A stretch of 62,372 nt of DNA, the filler included, from Circinaria calcarea (Eukaryota), in assembly GCA_051942165.1 (NCBI GenBank). It is 13 parts of 13 records of this genome, joined end to end, with 100 filler letters (N's around TTAATTAATTAA, not from the genome) between each part and the next. Parts side by side here need not be neighbours in the genome. Positions count along the whole stretch, not along the records: positions 38,478 to 43,179 come from JAVECS010002219.1; positions 43,280 to 47,979 come from JAVECS010002220.1; positions 48,080 to 52,778 come from JAVECS010002221.1; 10 more parts are not named here. The stretch is one strand, 5' to 3'. A program made the position numbers and the translations under genes. The notes under the pieces are model-generated. The model had not been told where the DNA came from. It searched no databases and saw only the letters and a list, made by a program, of their open reading frames with translations. Position 1 is the first letter of the stretch; each line of letters starts with the position of its first letter. This document shows, piece by piece, positions 40,333 to 51,338 of the stretch.

Positions 40333-42066
40333 ATGGCCTATCCAACAATTGGCATTGCCTTCCTTGCGATTGTATTCTTCGTTGTAAGATACCTCAATAG
40401 CACCGACATCCCCAAAATCAAGAATCTTCCGGAAATTCCGGGTGTGCCCATCTTCGGCAATCTGCTCCAGCTTGGCCAAGAGCATGCACGAACAGCTGGT
40501 GCATGGGCAAAGAAGTACGGTCCGGTTTTTCAAGTTCGCCTAGGGAATAGGGTAAGTCATTAAATACCTTGGATTAACGTGGTCCTCGGAACTAATGGCT
40601 TGCCCTACTCCATAGAGGATTGTCTTTGCAAACACATTTGAGAGTGTCAAGCACATTTGGATTCACAATCAGTCAGCCCTTATATCTCGGCCTACTTTAC
40701 ATACTTTTCATACCGTCGTCAGTTCCTCTCAAGGGTTCACGATCGGTACGTCCCCATGGGATGAGTCTTGCAAACGACGCCGTAAGGCTGCCGCCACAGC
40801 GCTCAATAGGCCAGCTGTACAAAGTTACATGCCCATTATTGATCTTGAGAGCAATGTCAGCATCAAAGAATTGCTCGCGGACAGCAGAGGCAGTGAAATA
40901 GATATCGACCCGAGTCCTTACTTTCAGCGCTTTGCCTTGAATACGAGCCTGACACTCACTTATGGATTCAGGATCGATGGAAAGGTTGATGATGAGCTCC
41001 TCAAAGAGATCGTCCATGTTGAGAGAGTGGTTTCGAATCTGCGAAGTACGAGTAATAACTGGCAAGACTATCTCCCACTCTTACGATTGTGGCCTAGTAA
41101 GAACCGTGAAGCTCAGGAGTTTCGTGATCGGCGGGACCGTTATCTTTCACTTCTCCTGCGTATATTGAAAGACAAGATTGCGAAAGAGGAAGACAACTCA
41201 TGCATCATAGGAAGTATACTCAAGGACCCTGAAGCGAAACTTGACGAAGGTGAGTTAATTCAGAGCTTCCGCATATGTTGGAGCTGACACGGCTATCAGC
41301 GGAGATAAAATCACTGTGCCTCACCATGGTCTCCGCTGGTCTTGATACTGTCCCTGGAAACCTTGTTATGGCCATTGCCTATCTTTCTTCCCTTCACGGT
41401 CAAGAAATTCAAACACGTGCTTACAAAGAGATCATGGAAGTATATCCTGATGGCGATGCGTGGGAGAAATGCTTGACAGAAGAGAAGGTTCCTTACATTA
41501 CAGCTTTTGTGAAAGAAGTTTTGCGCTTCTGGATCGTCATCCCGATCTGTTTGCCGCGAACTAGCATCAAGGATATTCAGTGGGAGAAAGCGACAATACC
41601 TGCAGGAACAACATTCTACATGGTAAGTCCAGTCGCGCAGTCTAGTTATACTGTTATGATGATATGTCCCCTAATTGCGTATCTCCTTTAGAACGCCTGG
41701 GCAGCCAATTATGACTCAACCCATTTCAAAGACCCTCAGTCTTTCCTACCCGAACGCTATCTCAATGTCCCAGATGCAGCAGGCACACCACACTACGGCT
41801 ACGGTGCCGGCTCCCGAATGTGTGCCGGCTCGCATCTTGCAAACCGAGAGCTGTACACAGCCTTTGTTCGGATCATCTCGGCTTTCGAAATTCATCCGCC
41901 AAAGGATCTAAAAGATCAGCCGGTACTGGATGCTTTGGAGTGCAATGATGTTAAGACGGGTCTAACAACTGATCCCAAAAAGTTCAAGGTTGGATTTAAG
42001 GTAAGAGACAAGGAGAGGTTGGAGAAGTGGATGAGGGAAAGTGACGAGCGGACGGTGGGACTTTAG
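40333..42066 (+). CDS. phacA: Cytochrome P450 CYP504 family, phenylacetate 2-hydroxylase-like
   Basis: TDIPKIKNLPEIPGVPIFGNL, SSSQGFTIGTSPWDESCKRRRKAAATALNRPA, CLTMVSAGLDT, KEVLR and heme motif YGYGAGSRMCAG. Introns 40552-40615, 41250-41299, 41623-41691. Confidence 0.9.
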
Positions 42067-42659
42067 CAGTTTGTTGTGGATGATTCTGGACTGCCAGGCA
42101 ATTGAAATATAAATTATGAGGCCCTGCGGAAAGAACGGATGTTAAGCATCTCCTTTACTAATAGAGTATTGGCGCAAGTTTAGAACTCTAGAAACTTACC
42201 ACCCTAACAAGTATGGGTTATGGTGGTCGCCAATCCTATGATTCAAGTTCTTAGGCTTAGATAGGGTTCTTCCAAGTCAGCTCATTTGATCGCAACAAGC
42301 CCTGGACAAGACCTTGAAGTTGGTGTGAAAGATTTAATTTACTCTTTGACTTCAGGAGAGGGTATCTAAGTGACTTGGCCCTGCTATTTTGTCTGAGGTA
42401 CAGTTGTCCGTCCGTAGGGAGACCATATGTGTTAATGAAAACCTAAGCGGCTCGCTTAAAGTTAATTGGATGCTGGAGCCGATGACATAGCTACCTATGA
42501 CGACATCGACGGCGCCTCTGTATTCCTCTCACTTCACCCCATTAGCCTCACAACAGACCTACTGGTAGTTCACCAATTCGTACATCTCCTAGGGCTCCCA
42601 AAACCATCACTGCCAGTTCCTACCCGATACCCACACCAACCCGAAACCAACTCCACACA

Positions 42660-43179
42660 ATGTCCTCCACCGACCCCCACCAAGGCGGCGATCTCTTCGA
42701 CATGGCCAAAGATGGCACTACCATGCCCAATGATGCCGGAAAGCAAAATCTTATCCCCTCCGTCCCCAGGCCCGATCAGATCTCCGACTCACCCAATGAT
42801 TTCGGCGCCCCCGACCTCCAACGTGCAGCGGAGAACCCCACAGATATATCTCGCGCAAGTCCTTTCATCTCCCCTGTTCCCTCTTCCCTCTTCATCCTCA
42901 ACTGACCGCTTGTATTTATTAAATAGACCAACCGCGACATTGGGCCTACAGGCGAAGTTCTAATCGGTACCGGCGATATCTTCCCCGCGCAAGTCGAGTC
43001 CAAACGGCTACACATGAGCCCGAACAATCCGCTGGCCAAGGGGCATGATAGGTACGATAAGCATACTAAGGACAAGGAGAGTGATCTGGAGAGATTTGCG
43101 GGCGAGGGGCCGGGCATGGATGAGGTTCCGGGAGAGGAGGGGCTCGAGGGGAAGAGGGATGAGAGGGAGAGGAAGGAGG
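42660..43179 (+). CDS. Small hydrophilic hypothetical protein (3' end in the gap)
   Basis: ORFs at 42660 and 43014 join in frame through a GCAAGT..ACTGAC..TAG (GC-AG) intron at 42855-42926. Confidence 0.72.
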
Positions 43180-43279
43180 NNNNNNNNNNNNNNNNNNNNN
43201 NNNNNNNNNNNNNNNNNNNNNNNTTAATTAATTAANNNNNNNNNNNNNNNNNNNNNNNNNNNNNNNNNNNNNNNNNNNN

Positions 43280-43910
43280 GCATAGCATAGAAAGAGCATG
43301 CAGCATAGTATAGAAAGAGTATATAATATAGCATAGAAAGAGCATATAGTATAGCACGGAAAGAGCATGCAGCATAGCATGGGATAAGCATGCAGTATAG
43401 TATGGAAAGAGCATGCAGTACAGCACGGAAAGGGCATGCAGTATAGCATGGAAAGAGCATGTAGTATAGCATGGAGCATAGCATAGCGAAAACACGCGGC
43501 ATAGCATAGCGAAAACACGCGGCATAGCATAGCGAAAACACGCGGCATAGCATAGCGAAAGCACGCAGCATAGCATAAAGCATAGCACGCAGCATAGCAT
43601 AGAGTATAGCACGCAGCATAGCATAGCTGGCGGCATAGCATGGAAATGGCACGTAGCATAGCACACTGCATAGCATAATATAACAAGAAGCATAAAATAG
43701 CATAAGCTCAGCGTAAAAGTTAGTACGCTACGCTGAATGTAGTAGATTTCTTTCCTATTCGAGCGAAAAACTAGGCTCAATCGAGCGATAAGCTAAACCT
43801 AATAAAGTAATTTCTGCGGCCAGAGTGGGAACACCGCAAAATTTTGGTTCGGTTCGGAAAATCTTGCGCCGAAGTTAAACCCTTCCACTCATTCTTCGTT
43901 GCAGGGCATA
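43280..43910. repeat. Left arm of a long inverted repeat: 23-bp GCATA-rich minisatellite plus ~230-bp unique arm
   Basis: Units such as AGCATGGAAAGAGCATGCAGTAT and AGCATAGCGAAAACACGCGGCAT, then GAACACCGCAAAATTTTGGTTCGGTTCGGAAAATCT...GAAGTTAAACCCTTCCACT...CAGGGCATA. Reverse-complement match to 47378-47979. Confidence 0.93.
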
Positions 43911-44562
43911 TAGTATATTTAATCGAATTGTAAGTTTTACTCTCATAATCTCTCCAAATAATAAGAAATATATCGCAGCATTCTTTTATAAACGAGCGGG
44001 AATCTTATAATATAAAAACCGACACCCTGGTAACGCCAGAAACCAGAACGCGGGAATGCCTGGGGAAGTGGCTCTCCGTTTTCAGGCCTTTTGCGCTCGG
44101 TACCTTCCTACTGGCAATCGACGCCTTTAGTGAAGGCCGTGAGGGGCGCTGCGACCGGAGGAAGTCGGGGGGGCAATAGGGCATGCAAACCGCCTGATAC
44201 GGTATAATATTCATGAATTAGGAATAGCTAGAGCTCTGTGTATCGCTGCTTAGCTCTGCTACCTGTGGTACCCGTACTGGGCTTCGACTATGTGGTTTTG
44301 TAAGGACCGTGTATATGCTGCCAAAAGGTTCTGCCTTTTACGCCAAATGCCCAAAGAAAGTGAAAAGAAAATAAGCAACTCCATTGAAATGTTAGATACG
44401 GAAATACGCGCTTAAGAGAAAAAAAAGAGGTTTCTCGGCTCGCTTCCCCAATACAGAATCTCAGTACTTTTTTGCTCTTTACGGCTTGGCTTGTTTTGAT
44501 CTATTGTCTCTGTGATACCACCCCCCTTATGACAGGTTTTGCTTTGAAGGTGTCACAGTTTG

Positions 44563-45698
44563 TCAGTGAAACGCTCCAGCAATACAATTGGAAACGAGAA
44601 GGGTATCCGTTGATCCATCTGGCACTTCACTAAGTACGTAATCTGGATCAAAAGCCCCTAGTCACAGCACGTTTAGATTCCCTCCATCATGTGGCCGGCG
44701 CAAAGGGCCCAAGGGCAGAACTCACCTGCAGCCCAACCGACCCAACCCAGGTATACGTCCGCGTTGTCGTTGAGATAATTCAGCTGCGAGCACATGTAGT
44801 AAACACAGCTATCCGTGTTCCCACCGCCGGTCTCGGTCAGGAAAGCCTGGCGACCCGTCTCCCGTAGGAAGTTGGCGAGGTAGCCGAGATTGTCTCTTTG
44901 ATCGGTGACGCATTCGGGGTGCCCACCCGAGGTGTCTTCGTCGAGATACTGATGCACGTCGAAGATGAGTTTGTTGGTCGTGCCATCCGAGTCCTGCACC
45001 CTCAACAGCGTCGGGCCTGAAGTCGAGTCAAACCCGCCGACCGCGGCGTAGTTGACGCCCGGCAGCAAAATCATCTGCGACGTGGCGCCGGCGTCACGAA
45101 TTCCGGTCACGACGGCCTGCAGAGTGTCGGCCCAGATGGAGATGTCGAGATCGTGGGGCTCGTTCATGAGGCCAAAGATGACGTTTGATTGCCCGGCGTA
45201 CGCTTGCGCGAGCTGGTACCAGACCGAGACGAAATCATCGTTGCTCGGGCCCCCTTGGCCAATGACACCGCCGTCCCAGCGGGCATAGTTGTGGATGTCG
45301 AGAATGCAGTACGCGCCGGTAGCGAGACAGGCTTGCACAACGCTATCGTAGTCGGCAAAGAAGGCGGGATCGAGCGGAGCGCTGAGTTGGCCGGCGACGA
45401 GATATTGCCAGCCTACCGGGAGGCGAAAGACATTGAGGCCGTCATCATACGCAAAGTGCTGCATCTGCCCCGGTCCTGCGCCTGTTGGGCAGTATGTGCC
45501 ACCGCAGTACCCCTACGGACACCGGCGTTAGAATGGGAGTAGAGCAAACGGAAGTCAGATGATGGAGATACTGACGTTGTTATTACAGCCAAAATCACAT
45601 CCTGCAATGTTGACGCCTGCGAACTGCACCTTCGCAGTGGTGGTGGCAACGAAGAGGCCAGAGGCTAAGAAGGGAATAAGGGCAGTGAAACCTTTCAT
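44563..45698 (-). CDS. Secreted glycoside hydrolase family 5 endoglucanase (Cel5/EGII-like catalytic domain, no CBM1)
   Basis: Signal peptide MKGFTALIPFLASGLFVATTTA, then FAGVNIAGCDFGC, FRLPVGWQYL, ILDIHNYARW, catalytic MNEP and TETG, and GWVGWAAG. Two introns; intact reading frame. Confidence 0.95.
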
Positions 45699-46161
45699 AC
45701 TGGGTAGAGAATGGATGGAATCTTGGCCGGATAGGAAATATCAAGTGAGAGTGTAAATATGAAAAAGAACGAATGACTTGATATGAAAACAACGAGCTCT
45801 TGTGGGCAAGCTCTATTATATACAGAAATCCAGCTCCTTGCCAAAGAGGATGCCATAGAACATGTATCCCATTGCAGACGTAACACACCACCGTCGTGCT
45901 GTCTATTCTTCAGCTTTCATACGTACGGAATCACCACACCCATCTCCGTGTATTCAAGGTACATGATTGAAAAACCGCGCATGATCCCATGCTCGACTGA
46001 GACACGGGACAGAAGGCAGGTAGTTCTTTAGAGGCGTGGGTCTGGAATAATATCATCTTATTTCTATTACTACCGCATCATAACTACTGCTAATGAACTC
46101 TATAGAGGTGTGGACTGAAGGGGCACGGAGGATGATGGGCCTTCGAGGCAGCCTTCCAGGG

Positions 46162-46269
46162 GGTTGCAAGCAACCACGCGGGTGCCAAAAAAGTTGGTTA
46201 AAAAATCGGTTTTCGGGCGCCGGAAAAAAAATAAAATTAACCAACTATTTTGGCACCCGCGTGGCAACC
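46162..46269. repeat. Small hairpin / mini-MITE with 28-bp near-perfect inverted repeat
   Basis: CCACGCGGGTGCCAAAAAAGTTGGTTAA (46174-46201) pairs with TTAACCAACTATTTTGGCACCCGCGTGG (46237-46264) with one mismatch. Outer GGTTG/CAACC also pair. Confidence 0.8.
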
Positions 46270-47377
46270 TACGTGTACGCGGCTCGCTTAATTACCATAT
46301 TAGTAATTCCTTAGCTGTACTGGTAAGCGAGCCGAGCCGAGCCGTTTGGTTTTGCCCGTCCGAAGAAAAAGGAAGCAAGCAGAACGGGTACTCCCATTTT
46401 AATATGGGAGCACGCTATGAGTACTTGCGGGCTTGAATTGCTATGTGGGAGACATATATAGCTACGGAAGATTGTAATGTCATATTTCATACCCCCCGAA
46501 AATGCGCCTTGCAGTTTCATACTCCAGCTTGTAATTTCATGCCCTACCCATCTCGCTTGAGGAATGACCCCAGGGAGTGCAGTATGCACTACTACCGCAA
46601 AGTACTAACTTGGAACACCAACCATCCCAATAATGCACGGTCACTACCACCCACCGAGGCTCCACTGCAGCATGGACCCACTGTGGCATGGCCTACCTCT
46701 GCCTGCATGGCTGATTTTCACAAAACATCATGTGGTACAGAGCCACCATCAAGGCAGCAAGCGTCGGACAGGTTAGGCCGATGCGAACAGGTAGTAACCT
46801 GTAATGATGTCCAGCTTCCTAGATTGTTGAAAGTTAGCTCTTCAAGGATTGTTAAGGCCGGCCGCAGCTGGCTTTACGTACCCTGCTGATAAAAGATTGC
46901 CGTGATTTGAATCTTAGAGGAACAAGAAAGCTAAACTAGAGAGGGGCCCTTGTATACACTAGGGTCAGTGGTGCACATAGCAAAGGAAAGCAGGGCTATC
47001 GGGTACAACAACGGAGAGAAGACGTAGCCGGCGAGAGGTGATTTCGGCGATATCTCTTCCCTCGGGTAATTACCAGGCGTGCTACCAGTAGCACGGTTAC
47101 TACATGGTGGAACCCGCAATGGTAAACCACATGTGTGCTGCAGCAGTTCGAGTTATTTGTCAACCAGTCGGCTATGCCTGGATTGGTGGACACAGGCATC
47201 AAGGAGTGGAAGAGGAGAAGGAAAAAAAGACATGACCATGAATGAGGTCAATTCGTTCCTTCGAAGCTCCGTATTAATTGCCTGGCCTTCTTCTCATGAA
47301 AAGACGACGGCCAGATAGTGGGGCGGATGAATAGCTCGCAGTTATACGGATGACCTGATTGCGGAAGCTCGAGAGAC

Positions 47378-47979
47378 TATGCCCTGAAACGAAATGAAAT
47401 GAAGTGGAAGGGTTTAACTTCGGCGGGAGATTTTCCGAACCGAACCAAAATTTTGCGGTGTTCTCACTCTGGCCTTAAAATTGGCTTAAAAGGGTTTAGT
47501 TTTTCGCTCGATTAAGCCTAGTTTTTCGCTCGAATAGGCTTAGTTTATCTAACCTATTTAGGCTTCTTAAGTTTAGCGTAGTATAATTTTATGCTAATAA
47601 CTTTATATTATATTACAGCTTTATGCTATATTACAGCTTTATACTATGCTGCGTGCTATGCTACGTGCTATTTCTATGCTATGCTGCGAGCTATGCTATG
47701 CTGCGTGCTATACTCTATGCTATGCTGTGTGCTATGCTTTATGCTATGCTGCTTGCTTTCGCTATGCTATGCCGCGTGTTTTCGTTATGCTATGCTCCAT
47801 GCTATTCTACATGCTTTTTCCATGCTATACTGCATGGCCTTTCCATGCTATACTGCATGCTTATTCCATGCTATGCTGCATGCTCTTTCCGTGCTATACT
47901 ATATACTCTTTCTATGTTATATTATATAATCTTTCTATACTATGCTGCATGCTCTTTCTATGCTATGCTACGTGCTTTC
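47378..47979. repeat. Right arm of the long inverted repeat (unique arm plus TATGC minisatellite)
   Basis: TATGCCCTG...AGTGGAAGGGTTTAACTTCGGCG...TTTTCCGAACCGAACCAAAATTTTGCGGTGTTC, duplicated TAGTTTTTCGCTCGA, then 23-bp units running to the contig end. Confidence 0.93.
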
Positions 47980-48079
47980 NNNNNNNNNNNNNNNNNNNNN
48001 NNNNNNNNNNNNNNNNNNNNNNNTTAATTAATTAANNNNNNNNNNNNNNNNNNNNNNNNNNNNNNNNNNNNNNNNNNNN

Positions 48080-49005
48080 GGCAGCAGGCGCGTCGGCTTG
48101 TAAGCCAAGGATCGATACAGCTTGCGTGGAAGGCATGCCCACAAGTAAGACCGCGAACATCATCTTCGTCGTCCAGGGTATCCAAGCAGATAGCACAAGA
48201 GTCTCCCGGGTTTTCAAGCATCTCCGTAGGAACTGCCATTTGAATCTGATCATCATCATCCTCCATATCCTCGTCTGCATCTCGACTTTCATTGGCCGGC
48301 GTGATGGTACTGTTCGAGGTCTTGGCATCGTGCTCATGATGCTCGTGCTCCTTGTGCTTTTCGACCGCGGTTGCAGTGTCTGATGCTCCGCTTTTTTCTG
48401 CGTGCGGCTGCACTGCAGACGATGCAGCGCTCGTATGTTTCACATCGTCCTCTGATGACATATCTTGATATGGAGGAATAACCCCATCAGCTCCTTTTAC
48501 GCTTGCGGCTTTGACACTTGCGGCCTTGATACTTGCGGCTTTGATACTTGCGGCTCGACTGGGTGGCGCTGCCACTCCACCGGCGGTCGAAAGGCCTTGC
48601 TCGGCACGACTTGAGATCCAGGTTTTGTATTTGGTGAGCGGGAAGCGATCGTTGACTTCATCCATGGTCATCAGCTTCTTCTCTCTCCTCCGGCGATGAG
48701 CCCGAGGCATGGTCGCCATGTCGATTGGCTCGCCATTATCGTCTTGACGTTGAAGCCTTGCTCTCGCATTGTATCTAAAACAGTACTTGACTCCGACGAT
48801 GATCCTATGAGCAAGTGTTGAAGTCAGCAAGGTCCAAGGTGCAGTATTGTTGTCCCAATTAAATCGGATGCACCTACCAAAGATTAGTAAAGACCACGCC
48901 GAACCCAAGGGCCACAAAGAACAGCAGCGGCGAGCTTTGAGGCCCGCTCCCTCCTGTCGCCGGGGCCGGAGTCGGGGTCGGGGTCGCTGAAGACGCAGCT
49001 GACAT
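48080..49005 (-). CDS. Transmembrane RING-H2 E3 ligase-like protein (3' end in the gap)
   Basis: SSPLLFFVALGFGVVFTNLW|IIVGVKYCFRYN, RRRREKKLMTMDEVNDRFP and CAICLDTL...CGHAFHASCIDPWLTSRRACC. Intron 48805-48877. Confidence 0.9.
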
Positions 49006-51338
49006 GGCGGTTGTAGTTGACTCTTGGTTATCTGCAATGATAAGTGGAGCTCAGCGGGCCACGGGAGGAGGAGAATTCACGTAGAGCCCCCTTTGCTAGA
49101 ACAGCAGGCTTGACAACGTATCCCCCCAAAGACTTTCGGTGACGGTGGTCGATTGATGAGGCTGAAGTTTCAGCTCATGCGATGTTTTGGCCAGGAACCG
49201 CCGTCGCTTGCTTTTGCTCGCTTCGACTCGAGGGCATAACCAGACAGCCAGGGGCGATTCTCCGAGGACTAGTGTGGGGCAAGCAAGAGTATGGGATCTA
49301 TGAGGCCAAAATGCTGGTTTAGTGCACCCTCGAAATTTGGGGTGATTGGCGAATGGGGGGCGTTGAAGTGACGTGAAAAATGATGATGCGAAGAGTCTGC
49401 CGAAGATCCGGCGTGCGGGACTCCAGACGGTTGTGCTGCGTGTTGAGGATCGACACGGATAATGAGCACAACAGGTGTGCGAGGCAAGTGAATGCCTCGA
49501 GATGCAGAGATAGGTACACAGGCTCTTGTCGATGAGCGTTGAGAGTGGTGAGGTCAAGTATTAGTAGTGGTCGTGAACGGGACAGCGACCAAGAAACTTG
49601 GTCTTGCGGCAAGGGAGAGGGGGTGGTGAGATTGAGGAAGGGCTCCTAGTCGGCGGTGGTGATTGGCTACCGGAAGCGGGGGATAATGGCTCAAAAGAAA
49701 TAAAGCCTCACAGGGGCCAAAGGGACTCTGTACACACAAATAAATGCACAAACGTACGCCAAAGACGGCTGCGATAGTGAATAATAGATACGTATTGGGC
49801 CCAACCCGCCTTTATGTGAGTTGAGCATTCTTCGCTGAACGTTCACATGGGGACGAACAGTGCAACCATCGGTAGGCTATCCCTTTTCCAGATTCACTGG
49901 TGCTACTGGCTCGGCGATACGGAGTATTCTTAGTGGCGGCCTAATCCGCAAAGGGAGGGCGCCAGACTGTCTGTGCCTTTGGTACTCGAGACCCTGACAC
50001 GCCCTGGCTCTTGGCGTTCGCTGAAACCGTCTTTGGTGTTACTTCTTACATTGTTCACAATTGATTGCAAGCTCTCAGATGATGGTTATATAGTGCATGA
50101 AAAAGGATATGAGAGATTTGTGTGTGCGATTAGAGTAACCCTAGAGGAACGGTAGACTTCTCTCTTCCTTCCATGATATTTGCCACTATATGAGCACAAT
50201 ATGTCCAATATAAGCTGTTGCGCTCCAGGGAGGTGGGGGGGAATATCTCAAGATATCCTCAAATGTTCCTAAATTCAAACTCGGGTGTGGGAATAACTGT
50301 AGACGATCAACTCCATTTCAGGACAAACAACAGAAGGTCTGTGCTGTCAAGCGCCATCATCCATTTTATCTCCATGTCCCGTTTATTCTTACATCTGTTG
50401 ATATTCCTATGCTTTTTCTGTACAAAGTTCTTTCATTGTCTCTCGTCTGTGCTCTGACCATTCCCCGGCCCCAATTGCAGACCTCGGGACAGCCGGCTAT
50501 TACTTGCACAAGGAATGGTAACGATATATCTCCGGTCGGGTTTACCTATTCTAGGTTACTAGGAGAGCAGAGAAGGAGAGGGGGGAGAAAAGCATGGGAT
50601 TCTACGCAAAAGCTTTCAACACAACAATCAATATCCACTCCCGGGCTACAGAGGTGCACTCATGTCTCTCGATGAGGTTATGCTTGCTCCACGTGGTATC
50701 AAGGCCACAAGAGTAAATAGAGATCCTCGAGCAGGAGTCAGAAAAGATGACAATCTGAAAGACTAGGAATGATCCACAATCTTCAATGCCCTAGTAAGCA
50801 CATGCAAAACAGAGTGAGAGTCTCACCCTCTCAACAGTATGTAAATAAGCAACCAACCAACCAACCACTATCTACGAAGTACTTCACCCCTATCAATGTG
50901 GTCAACAAACTCGGGGCATACTACAGAGGGTGGAGAGCTCCGGTTGAAATACATCAGAATGGTATTTTACTGCACGGACTGTTTTTGTATGGGAAAACAG
51001 GGTTCAGTATTTATCATAATATGGCCCCTCTGTAGTACTATCGTTCCCGGTAAGGCTCAGTTCCCTACGTAGTACGGAGTGTCTCTGTGCCAAGACCAGA
51101 GTCAAAACTTAAATTGCACTAGCGGAATAAGGTCATGCACGCCGACTTCCGGAATCTGAAATCTCCGATGCTACCATAGCACAAGGCGGTTTTGCACTAC
51201 TTTAGGGACTAGGAAAGTAGTATTTGTATTTCTCGTTTCAGCCAATAAATCAAAACTGTCAGGAAGTAGTCCGTAATCCGGTCTGGTCTGGAATCGGAAT
51301 AGCCCACCATTTTGCGGTATTGGTGTTTTCGGGAGAAT

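Noticed and set aside
43280..43700. 23-bp repeat array as a CRISPR or telomere
   Set aside because: Units are contiguous and degenerate with no unique spacers, no cas genes, a eukaryotic context and no TTAGGG.
43224..43780. Cys/Tyr/Met-rich ORFs (MLCYAAC...), also at 47591-48035
   Set aside because: Translations of the GCATA minisatellite, open in several frames; not credible proteins.
48500..48555. 15-bp tandem repeat encoding AAS[IV]K x4
   Set aside because: In-frame low-complexity expansion in a disordered linker of the RING protein.
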